From a virus: DNA of 44,835 bases. The stretch lies in IMG/VR virus record IMGVR_UViG_3300037511_000186, positions 1 through 44,835 of that record; one strand, given 5' to 3'. The notes under the pieces are model-generated. The model was not told the origin of the DNA and searched no databases. It saw nothing but the letters and a program-made list of their open reading frames with translations. Of this stretch, positions 16,690 to 24,090 are shown piece by piece (the first letter of the stretch is position 1; each line of letters opens with the position of its first letter). A program made the position numbers and the translations under genes.

Positions 16690-16934
16690 TATTCGCGCCC
16701 CTTTTCGTTTATATATTGTTGTCTTTTTTGCTCTAATTCTTGCATTCTTAATTTTTCAAATTCGGGGCTTGTGAAATTTTCCTCGCGCCCGCATTCGATA
16801 CGAATGTTTTCATAAATTTCTTTCGCGTTCTCCATTGCATAGGACAGTTCTCGTTCATCAATTTTTCTGTTTTGACCGTAACATTTAATATCTTTGGAAA
16901 GTATATATCTGCACATAAATTCTTTTTTAGTCAT
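16689..16934 (-). CDS. hypothetical protein (81 aa from MTKKEF)
   Basis: I prefer the ATG at 16934, which forms an ATGA overlap with the upstream small ORF, over the track start at 16949. The N-terminus MTKKEF is shared with 7861..7998. Confidence 0.6.
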   Translation of the reverse strand: MTKKEFMCRYILSKDIKCYGQNRKIDERELSYAMENAKEIYENIRIECGREENFTSPEFEKLRMQELEQKRQQYINEKGRE

Positions 16935-17062
16935 TTTGTAACCTTCCAAGTAGTTACAAGAAGCGCCGGTTTCCCAGTGAGCTTATATATTTCAAGACAA
17001 GCTTCTATAGCTTTAGCTTCATCTATTTCAGTATAAGGAGCATAAATTGATCCATTAGACAT
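16931..17062 (-). CDS. small hypothetical protein (43 aa), below the ORF-track cutoff
   Basis: My translation is MSNGSIYAPYTEIDEAKAIEACLEIYKLTGKPALLVTTWKVTK. TAATG overlap with the stop of 17062..17496. Confidence 0.45.
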   Translation of the reverse strand: MSNGSIYAPYTEIDEAKAIEACLEIYKLTGKPALLVTTWKVTK

Positions 17063-17496
17063 TATTCAAGCTCCTTATGCTCGTTTATACCCTCTAGGAA
17101 TCGGTATGTGTGGGATGCCTTAATACCCTCGACACGATTTTTGTACCAGCGGTAGGTGTTAAGTGCGTTTATTTTTTTATAACCTTCAAATTCACTTCCG
17201 TAACTATACCCTGAGTAGTGTTTGTTTAGGTGGTTAAGAGCATTTAAAGAATCTGCGGTTTCCTCCGCTGTTTTATAAATAGTAAAAATAAACGCAACAA
17301 CAGCCTCCGGGATATTATCAAAATCATCGATGGGATAATGTTCATTTAAAAATAACTCGCAAGCATCTAGTTTTTTTTTATGAGAAGCATAAATATCTAG
17401 TAGCTCTTTTTTTTGTGCTTCTTTTTCTTCCTCATTTTCAGATAGATTAGATTTTAACTCTTCTTTTTTTCTAGTAAACCAATTCATTTTCTTCAT
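17062..17496 (-). CDS. hypothetical protein (144 aa), first gene of the leftward early block
   Basis: First ORF downstream of promoter P4, with a Lys/Glu-rich N-terminus. No motif recognised. Confidence 0.65.
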   Translation of the reverse strand: MKKMNWFTRKKEELKSNLSENEEEKEAQKKELLDIYASHKKKLDACELFLNEHYPIDDFDNIPEAVVAFIFTIYKTAEETADSLNALNHLNKHYSGYSYGSEFEGYKKINALNTYRWYKNRVEGIKASHTYRFLEGINEHKELE

Positions 17497-17526
17497 CCTC
17501 TTTAAGTTTCTGTAAGTCTGTCTTTG

Positions 17527-17555
17527 TTGACATTGAAATTAGTATAGGGTATTGT
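17527..17555 (+). promoter_or_regulatory. candidate rightward early promoter overlapping P4
   Basis: TTGACA (17527-17532), 17-nt spacer, TATTGT (17550-17555). The predicted start is around 17562, at the helicase ATG (17563). Confidence 0.5.
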
Positions 17556-17569
17556 GCTGAGCATGTCAA
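17541..17569 (-). promoter_or_regulatory. sigma70-type promoter, copy P4 (leftward early)
   Basis: The minus strand reads TGTTGACATGCTCAGCACAATACCCTATACTAAT: TTGACA (17569..17564), 17 nt, TATACT (17546..17541). Confidence 0.7.
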
Positions 17570-19743
17570 CAATAATTTTACGTGATTATCAAAAGAATCT
17601 TATCGAATCCGCACTAGATGCGTGGGATAGTGATCTTAGAAATGTATTAATCCAGTCCCATACGGGAAGTGGAAAGACGGTTATGCTTACCCACATAGTA
17701 GAGCACGTTAATGTGCCTACCGTTATAGTGGCGCATCGTATCGAATTGGTGAGCCAACTCTCGCTTGCTCTCGCACGTGCAGAAATCCCTCATGGGTTAC
17801 TCTCTTCTGCCGCTTCTATACCCGATATTATAAAGTTACATTTGCAGATGGGGCGTAAACACTACTTTAGCCCAACAGCGCAAGTTATCGTAGCAAGTGT
17901 GGACACGCTAATACGACGTACTCCACAGTGGGCGGCCCGTATAAAACTTGTAGTAATAGATGAGGCGGCACATGTTTTACGCGCTAATAAATGGGGCAAA
18001 GCTATGGAAATGTTCCCTAACGCGAAAGGATTGCTTGTTACGGCAACCCCGTTACGCGCTGATGGAAAGGGACTCGGAAGAGAAGCAGAAGGTATTGCGG
18101 ATATACTTATCGAAGGCCCAAGTATGCGTCAACTTATTGACGAAGGATATCTTAGTCGGTATCGCATATTTGCACCTCCGAATAGTTTGGATTTGACTCC
18201 TGTTAAGGTTACGGCGAGTGGTGACTATAGTCCCGACCCTTTACGTAAAGCTGTTGCACGCGCAAGCATTACCGGCGATGTGGTAGAGCACTTCAAGCGA
18301 CATGCAGGTGGATTAGGTATTACATTTGCAGTAAGTGTGGAAGCTGCTCAAGAACTTGCCGTTGCATATAGTAACGCGGGGGTGCCTGCTGTATGTCTCC
18401 ACGCGGGGACGGGTATTAGTGAACGTGCATCTATTATGCGTAGGTTCCGTGAAGGTACTATACAGCAACTCGTTAATGTAGACATATTAGCGGAAGGTGT
18501 AGATGTTCCGGCGGTAAGTTGCGTAAGTATGGCGCGTCCTACCGCTAGCTATGGGCTTTATATGCAGCAAATAGGTAGGGCTTTACGACCGGCTGAAGGT
18601 AAGACTCATGCAGTTATACTCGATCATGTCGGTAACGTTATGAAGCATGGACTACCTGAAACTACCCGTACTTGGACCCTCGCAGCACAAGAACGTAAAG
18701 GTAAGGGCGTTAGTGGTATGATACCATTACGAACTTGCCTCAATCCAATATGTGTTGCCGTATTTGAACGTAATCGTGATCGCTGTCCATATTGCGGACA
18801 CCCCATCCCCGAGCCTAAAGAACGCGCTACGCCAGCACAAGTGGAAGGAAACCTACTTGAGTTGACGCCCTCCACATATAAAGAAATAGAGAAAGAAATC
18901 TCACGTATAGATAGCGCACCACGTATCCCACGTGGGGTGTCTGGTATAGTAAGTACGAGTATTGTTAAAAAACATCACGCTAGGCAAGATGCTATTCGTA
19001 ATTTGCGAATCGCGATTAGCGAATGGGCTGGGGAATGGCATACGAAAGGAGAGAGTGATAGTGAAATTCATCGACGTTTCTGGTTCACTTTTGGCATAGA
19101 TATATTAACGGCACAAACTTTAAATACTAAAGAGGCTTTACAATTACTTGAAAAACTAAACCCTGAACAGAAGCAGAAGCTATCGGGTTTATTAACTGAT
19201 GAAATAATTTTATCTGCCACATCAAAAAAAGAAAGATATAGAATTGCAGATGGGAATAGTCTTTACTTGATCGTGGAAGCTACGGGTGCCAAAGGATGGA
19301 AATTTAGGTATCGTATAGATGGAAAAGAAAAAGCTATTACATTAGGGAAGTATCCTGAAATATCCTTAAATAAAGCAAGAAATTTACGTTATGAAATTAA
19401 AAAAATGACGGATGTCGGACAAGACCCCCGTAAAGAATTTTTAGTTTCTCTTGTTCCCTTATACAATAAAAATAAATTAACCGATCAAAAAATTTTAGAT
19501 GCGAAACCTAAAGATAGAAGATATAAAATAAGTGACGGTAATCAATTATTTTTAATTGTTCAACCTACAGGTTCCAAGTATTGGTCTATTAATTACGTCC
19601 TTCAAACCTTACGTACAAGTAAATATATAGGACCCTATCCACAGGTTAGTCTAGAGAAGGCTCGAGAGGTGAGAGATGAATGTTTACGTTTGCTAAAACA
19701 GGGTATTGACCCTAAAGATTTTATTGACAAGATGCGCACATAA
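17563..19743 (+). CDS. SF2 DEAH-type DNA helicase with Cys4 zinc ribbon and two C-terminal integrase-type Arm DNA-binding domains
   Basis: Motif I HTGSGKT, II DEAAH, III TATP, VI QQIGRALR; CLNPIC...CPYCG. Residues 547-629 and 642-729 (track numbering) are two copies of the P4-integrase N-terminal Arm pattern. I prefer the ATG at 17563 to the GTG at 17554, which would lie upstream of the predicted transcript start. Confidence 0.85.
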   Translation: MSTIILRDYQKNLIESALDAWDSDLRNVLIQSHTGSGKTVMLTHIVEHVNVPTVIVAHRIELVSQLSLALARAEIPHGLLSSAASIPDIIKLHLQMGRKHYFSPTAQVIVASVDTLIRRTPQWAARIKLVVIDEAAHVLRANKWGKAMEMFPNAKGLLVTATPLRADGKGLGREAEGIADILIEGPSMRQLIDEGYLSRYRIFAPPNSLDLTPVKVTASGDYSPDPLRKAVARASITGDVVEHFKRHAGGLGITFAVSVEAAQELAVAYSNAGVPAVCLHAGTGISERASIMRRFREGTIQQLVNVDILAEGVDVPAVSCVSMARPTASYGLYMQQIGRALRPAEGKTHAVILDHVGNVMKHGLPETTRTWTLAAQERKGKGVSGMIPLRTCLNPICVAVFERNRDRCPYCGHPIPEPKERATPAQVEGNLLELTPSTYKEIEKEISRIDSAPRIPRGVSGIVSTSIVKKHHARQDAIRNLRIAISEWAGEWHTKGESDSEIHRRFWFTFGIDILTAQTLNTKEALQLLEKLNPEQKQKLSGLLTDEIILSATSKKERYRIADGNSLYLIVEATGAKGWKFRYRIDGKEKAITLGKYPEISLNKARNLRYEIKKMTDVGQDPRKEFLVSLVPLYNKNKLTDQKILDAKPKDRRYKISDGNQLFLIVQPTGSKYWSINYVLQTLRTSKYIGPYPQVSLEKAREVRDECLRLLKQGIDPKDFIDKMRT

Positions 19744-19759
19744 GTACTAAGGTAAATAC

Positions 19760-19871
19760 AGGGGTACTGTAAGTGACTTCATCCTCTAGCGTTTCCGCGC
19801 GGATATAACGACTAGGTCAACGTCTTACTACCCGGTAATGCCATTGTACAAGGCTCGAACCAGGTACCCCT
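19760..19871. other. 112-bp element closed by an 8-bp inverted repeat and containing nested palindromes (structured RNA or protein-binding site)
   Basis: aggggtac (19760-19767) is the reverse complement of gtacccct (19864-19871). Inside are TCCGCGCGGA (19794-19803, perfect 10-bp palindrome), CTAGCGTT/AACGaCTAG arms around it, and TTGTACAA (19844-19851). Confidence 0.4.
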
Positions 19872-19894
19872 ATTACGGAGTAAAATAAGAATCT

Positions 19895-20218
19895 ATGAAT
19901 GATAAAGAAATTATCCTAAATAAAGAATTTTTAAAAAAATGCTGGCAAATAGACTACATACCTTTAGGGGTATCTTGCTTTTTATTATTTTTAAATCTTT
20001 TAGTTGGGCCAAACTTGGCATCAATGATATCAGTAGGCTTAAGTATGCTTTGTATATTTACGGTATTAGCAACTATGCAACTCGATAAAAAATACCTAAT
20101 TATGCTATCACAAGAAAGAGAGGATACCCCTGATTTGATTCTGACTCGTTTGGGGCATTTTAAACGAGCAACTTTAGTAGGCGCTTTAATTTTTTATTTT
20201 ATTGGTTGGGCCCTATGA
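19895..20218 (+). CDS. integral membrane protein (107 aa, about 3 hydrophobic segments)
   Basis: Segments GVSCFLLFLNLLVG, MISVGLSMLCIFTVLA, LVGALIFYFIGWAL. Confidence 0.6.
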   Translation: MNDKEIILNKEFLKKCWQIDYIPLGVSCFLLFLNLLVGPNLASMISVGLSMLCIFTVLATMQLDKKYLIMLSQEREDTPDLILTRLGHFKRATLVGALIFYFIGWAL

Positions 20219-20499
20219 TAAAGGTGAAACAATTAACACAAACCTGTCGTTGGCAACCATCTCAATGGGAAGGCACTACCGAATGCGGTAAATATATTTA
20301 TATACGTGAACGTCATGATTATTTAACTGTAGACATAGCTGATACCGAGAAACGTTTTATGGACCACGATTGTGAATGTATTTTAACTGTGGATGATACG
20401 GGTACAAATAGTTGTATGACAAAAGGACAAATGATTGAACTTACTAAAGATGTTTTAGATTTTAATGACGCAGTTATTAGTGCTATGGAACCCTTTTAA
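20215..20499 (+). CDS. hypothetical protein (94 aa)
   Basis: I prefer the ATG at 20215, which forms an ATGA overlap with the upstream stop, over the TTG at 20206. No motif recognised. Confidence 0.6.
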   Translation: MIKVKQLTQTCRWQPSQWEGTTECGKYIYIRERHDYLTVDIADTEKRFMDHDCECILTVDDTGTNSCMTKGQMIELTKDVLDFNDAVISAMEPF

Positions 20500-20501
20500 A
20501 T

Positions 20502-20867
20502 ATGACTGAAGCCGACATACAAGCTAAACTAAGACTCAAGGCCTCCCAATGCGGTATGCGTTTATGGCGCAACAATGTGGGTGTACTATGCGATAGCACA
20601 GGACGGCCTATACGTTATGGACTAGCTAATGATTCTGCAGAACTTAATAAAGTACTTAAGTCGTCCGATCTTATTGGTATAAGACCGGTAGTAATTACAC
20701 AAGATATGGTAGGTAAGACTATTGGTCAATTTGTAGCGCGTGAGGTCAAGTCCTCATCTTGGATATTCCGAAACACCAATAGGGAAAAAGCACAATTGGC
20801 TTTCATTAATTTAATTAACTCCCTTGGGGGTGATGCTAAATTCTATAACGGGGAAGATGATTTATGA
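20502..20867 (+). CDS. VRR-NUC domain nuclease
   Basis: EADIQAKL...GMRLWRNNVG...GRPIRYGL...SSDLIGIRPV...GQFVAREVKSS matches the VRR-NUC layout, with a D ... E-x-K catalytic core. Confidence 0.75.
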   Translation: MTEADIQAKLRLKASQCGMRLWRNNVGVLCDSTGRPIRYGLANDSAELNKVLKSSDLIGIRPVVITQDMVGKTIGQFVAREVKSSSWIFRNTNREKAQLAFINLINSLGGDAKFYNGEDDL

Positions 20868-21094
20868 ACCATATAAAGCAAGAGGAAGGTAATAGCTGGT
20901 GTGGCGCCCCTTTAGATACGATTTTTCATTTTAAAGAGATAGAACAGGTTATTATTAATAATTTCCACGGTGAACGGTCTGTCTGTTTAAAGTGTGTTTG
21001 TCAGGTTATTGCGGCGTTAGTTAAGTCGCCTACGCAGTTGACCGCGGAAGCACAAAATGGTATAACAGTAGATAATTACGGGAGTACCATATGA
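20864..21094 (+). CDS. hypothetical protein (76 aa)
   Basis: ATGA overlaps at both ends. No motif recognised. Confidence 0.55.
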   Translation: MNHIKQEEGNSWCGAPLDTIFHFKEIEQVIINNFHGERSVCLKCVCQVIAALVKSPTQLTAEAQNGITVDNYGSTI

Positions 21095-21420
21095 TTGAAG
21101 GTAAATTAAAATTGCCGATTAGGCGTGAATTACCCGCAGTGAGACGTGCTGAAATTATAGAAGCGGCCCTTCGTATAGCAGGAAGGGTTGGCGCACAAGG
21201 TCTAGTTAGAGATCGAGTGGCGGAAGAAGCGGGTATATCTAGTTCCCTTCTTCACCGATATTTTGGTAGCATGGACCTAATGCGAGAAATTATTATTCAG
21301 ACAGCTTTTCAACGTGGGGATACGGATGTTCTTTATAAGTCCCTATCAATTGAAGACTTTAAGAAACTGAATAGTAACCCTAAACTGGCAAAGCAGTTGT
21401 GTGAGTTTATAATGAATTAA
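21091..21420 (+). CDS. short TetR-family-like HTH DNA-binding protein (109 aa)
   Basis: RRAEIIEAALRIAGRVGAQGLVRDRVAEEAGISSSLLHRYFGSMDLMREI follows the TetR_N helix-turn-helix pattern. The protein is only about half the length of a normal TetR regulator. Confidence 0.7.
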   Translation: MIEGKLKLPIRRELPAVRRAEIIEAALRIAGRVGAQGLVRDRVAEEAGISSSLLHRYFGSMDLMREIIIQTAFQRGDTDVLYKSLSIEDFKKLNSNPKLAKQLCEFIMN

Positions 21421-21447
21421 TTCTAATTTTATAAGGACGTAAATCCC

Positions 21448-23682
21448 ATGCAATTCGCTCAACACCTCACTTTAGCTGAGGTGTTTCCTCAGTTTATAGT
21501 TAGTAAAATAGTTATAGATGATAATGGCCACGTCAATAAAATCCCCTGTAATCCACAAGGTATAACTTCCGACCATAAAAATCCCGCTAATTGGTTAACA
21601 CTTGAACAAGTAACCGAAGCAGTTACACGCTTGGGTTCTTCTTATCGTGTGGGATATTCCATCACTCGTGAAACTAAATTGTTTTTTATCGATATAGATA
21701 AAGCCCTTGTTAATGGTACTTGGTCTCCTCTTTCTACTGACCTTTGTAATGCTTTTCCAGGCTGTTATGTGGAAGTTTCTTATAGCGGTACAGGCCTTCA
21801 TATTATGGGACGCTATAAAGGCGAACTCGTTCACAAAAATAAGAATAGTGCGCTTGGTATAGAGCTTTATACACACGATAGATTCGTTATGTTTGGCGGC
21901 CATCACCCCCGCGGAGATTGGAACCAAGATGCTACCCTTTCAATTAACATGATCGTAAGTCAATATTTCGATAAAGACTCTTCGGTTGTAACCAAACCCG
22001 CACCTATTGAAGAATTAGATGTCCTGACGGATGAAGAAGTAATTGCACGCTGTCGCAATAACTCTAAGCCACGTAAAGTGTTTGGGGGTGGAGCAGGCTT
22101 TGATGACTTATATGAGGCAAGAGAAGATGTCCTCATTAATGCCTACCCCACACAAAGTGAAGGTAAATTATATAACGCAAGTGGCGCGGATATGGCTATA
22201 GCCAATATGCTAGCGGCACATACTAAAAATGAAGATCAAATAATTAGAATAATGAGGGGGTCTAAACTAGTAAGGGACAAATGGGATAATAATAGGACTT
22301 ACCTATCAGATACGGTTATACGTGCGATATCTGATAGGAAGGCCATACAAACCACTCCTAATCAGTTTACTAAATCGGGGTCATTAAGTCAAACTATTGA
22401 CGGGGAGATGCCTAAAGAATTCGACGGCTGTTTCTATGTGGTATCTGAGCGAGAAATATATACCACGTCTTACGGACTCGTTAATCAAGAAGGCTTTAAC
22501 GTCTGCTATGGCGGTCCCTATCTCAAAGAGCAACCCTATAAAACCTTTAAAGGACATGCTAAAGGCTCAGGACGGATAGTAGGTAGATTGGGGTTTAGAC
22601 CAGACTTACCACATGGGGCAATTACGGAACGCGAAGGCATTACCGCTATCAATATGTACAAGCCTTTAAATATTAAAATGCGTGAAGGCGATATGACACC
22701 TTTTTGGCGCTTCTTTAAAGCTATGATCCCAAATAAAATAGACCAATACATACTCATGTCTTATGTTTGTACTCTGGTACAAAAACCAGGTGTTAAATCC
22801 CAATGGTGCCCTGTTCTTCAAGGCGTACAAGGTTGCGGTAAATCCCTTTTTGCGGACTTTATCGCCTATGCATGCGGAGAAACATATACCCACAGGGCTA
22901 AAGGCGATGAGTTTGAAAATAAATTTAATGCGCAATGGTTTGGTAAAACTTTAATTTTGGTTGAAGATGTCGATTTAAAGGAAAAGAAACTTGAAGTTGT
23001 CCTTAAACCACTCATTACTTCAAAACTTCTCGCGTTTGAAGGAAAGGGTAAGAACGTGCAGATGAACGACTTCCCCGCTAACTTTATCCTTACCCTTAAC
23101 GACTTTGATTTGCTGCAAAAGAAAGCAGACTCTCGTAGGCTTGCTGTCTTTATGTCTGCACTTCAAACTCCCGAGGATTTAATTAACGCAGGTCTTACCC
23201 CTGCTGAATACAGAAGAATCGTAGATTGGCGTGATAATGGTGGGTATGAGATTGTCGCCCATTATCTTCATAATACACCCCCACATCCAGATTATGATTT
23301 CTCTAAAAATTGTGTCACTGCACCTAAGACTAGTACCACAGATGAAGCTATCGAAGCGAGCCGCCCTAACATCGAGCTTATGATACTAGAGGAAATAGAA
23401 TTAGGACGCGTCGGATTTAGAGGTGGTTGGATATCATCCACAGCATTGAATGATTTTATCTTCGCGCAACGTGTGCGTCATTTAATGCCGGACAATAGAC
23501 GCGGAGGAATTTTGAAAGATTTAGGTTATATCCGCCATCCGGGATTACGTGACGGTCAAGCCGTACGCGAAGTAATGCCGGATAATAAGCGTTCGCGTTT
23601 ATATGTTAGACACGATCACCCTTCCCTAGAGTTAGATGACCGCGAGCTAATTGTTCGTGCGTATGAAGAAGCTCAGAAGTAA
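21448..23682 (+). CDS. bifunctional primase-polymerase (AEP) / SF3 (D5-P4 type) helicase
   Basis: AEP motifs FFIDIDK, SYSGTGLHIMG and IELYTHDRFVMFGG. Walker A GVQGCGKS and Walker B TLILVEDVD lie in the C-terminal half. Confidence 0.88.
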   Translation: MQFAQHLTLAEVFPQFIVSKIVIDDNGHVNKIPCNPQGITSDHKNPANWLTLEQVTEAVTRLGSSYRVGYSITRETKLFFIDIDKALVNGTWSPLSTDLCNAFPGCYVEVSYSGTGLHIMGRYKGELVHKNKNSALGIELYTHDRFVMFGGHHPRGDWNQDATLSINMIVSQYFDKDSSVVTKPAPIEELDVLTDEEVIARCRNNSKPRKVFGGGAGFDDLYEAREDVLINAYPTQSEGKLYNASGADMAIANMLAAHTKNEDQIIRIMRGSKLVRDKWDNNRTYLSDTVIRAISDRKAIQTTPNQFTKSGSLSQTIDGEMPKEFDGCFYVVSEREIYTTSYGLVNQEGFNVCYGGPYLKEQPYKTFKGHAKGSGRIVGRLGFRPDLPHGAITEREGITAINMYKPLNIKMREGDMTPFWRFFKAMIPNKIDQYILMSYVCTLVQKPGVKSQWCPVLQGVQGCGKSLFADFIAYACGETYTHRAKGDEFENKFNAQWFGKTLILVEDVDLKEKKLEVVLKPLITSKLLAFEGKGKNVQMNDFPANFILTLNDFDLLQKKADSRRLAVFMSALQTPEDLINAGLTPAEYRRIVDWRDNGGYEIVAHYLHNTPPHPDYDFSKNCVTAPKTSTTDEAIEASRPNIELMILEEIELGRVGFRGGWISSTALNDFIFAQRVRHLMPDNRRGGILKDLGYIRHPGLRDGQAVREVMPDNKRSRLYVRHDHPSLELDDRELIVRAYEEAQK

Positions 23683-23689
23683 AAATTTT

Positions 23690-24050
23690 AAGTGTGCGCG
23701 GTAAAAATATTTTAGGAATACTAACTACTAATGTCAGCACCTAAACTACGTCATTTTCTTGCACAACCGCACACCTGCGCACACTTTCGCATGCTTAAAT
23801 TGCACGCTAGTATGCGTATGATTTTATTGAGGAAAAGTACGCTGCCGCACACTTGCACACAAAAAACGTATCAGTCAATAAAAATACATACATTATGTAC
23901 TCATGTAATGCTACACCATTACACGTTTCACCACCAATTTATATTTAGTATGCAAGTATGCAGTAAGTAGTAGAATAGTAATAGAATCATAGAGTTGAGA
24001 GACGAACACTTAACAGAAATCTAGCGTGTGGAATTTTAGTAAGTGTGCGG
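23690..24050. repeat. iteron-like repeat cluster in the 490-bp non-coding region (candidate origin, pac or regulatory region)
   Basis: AAGTGTGCG(C/G) occurs at 23690-23699 (+), 23777-23786 (-), 23845-23854 (-) and 24041-24050 (+). Partial copies are at 23767-23774, 23855-23860 and 24023-24030. AGTATGC(A/G) occurs at 23809, 23947 and 23955 (the last two in tandem). The palindrome TACATTATGTA lies at 23889-23899. Confidence 0.7.
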
Positions 24051-24059
24051 CGATGAGAG

Positions 24060-24090
24060 TTGACTACATAATCCCAGAGTGTGATATAAG
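24060..24090 (+). promoter_or_regulatory. candidate promoter of the late operon
   Basis: TTGACT (24060-24065), 17 nt, GATATA (24083-24088). An alternative is TG-n-TATAAG at 24082-24090. An iteron copy lies 10 bp upstream of the -35. Confidence 0.35.

Noticed and set aside
19192-19743. Calling the helicase 3' region an integrase gene or pseudogene with an adjacent attP
   Set aside because: No core-binding or catalytic tyrosine-recombinase domain exists in any frame. The two Arm-like modules are in frame with the helicase and uninterrupted, and no att core can be defined without a host sequence.
19760-19871. Possible tRNA: a 7-8 bp closing stem like an acceptor arm, and GGTTCGAGCC on the minus strand resembling a T-arm
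   Set aside because: I could not draw a cloverleaf in either orientation. There are no D-arm or anticodon-arm pairings, the T-stem halves do not pair, and 112 nt is too long. It is kept only as an unexplained structured or palindromic element.
23731-23970. 79-aa plus-strand ORF (MSAPKLRHFLAQPHTCAHF...) in the primase-terminase gap
   Set aside because: Its His/Cys/Thr-rich composition is what the CAC/GCACAC repeats translate to. It has no ribosome-binding site and sits exactly on the iteron field. I treat it as non-coding.
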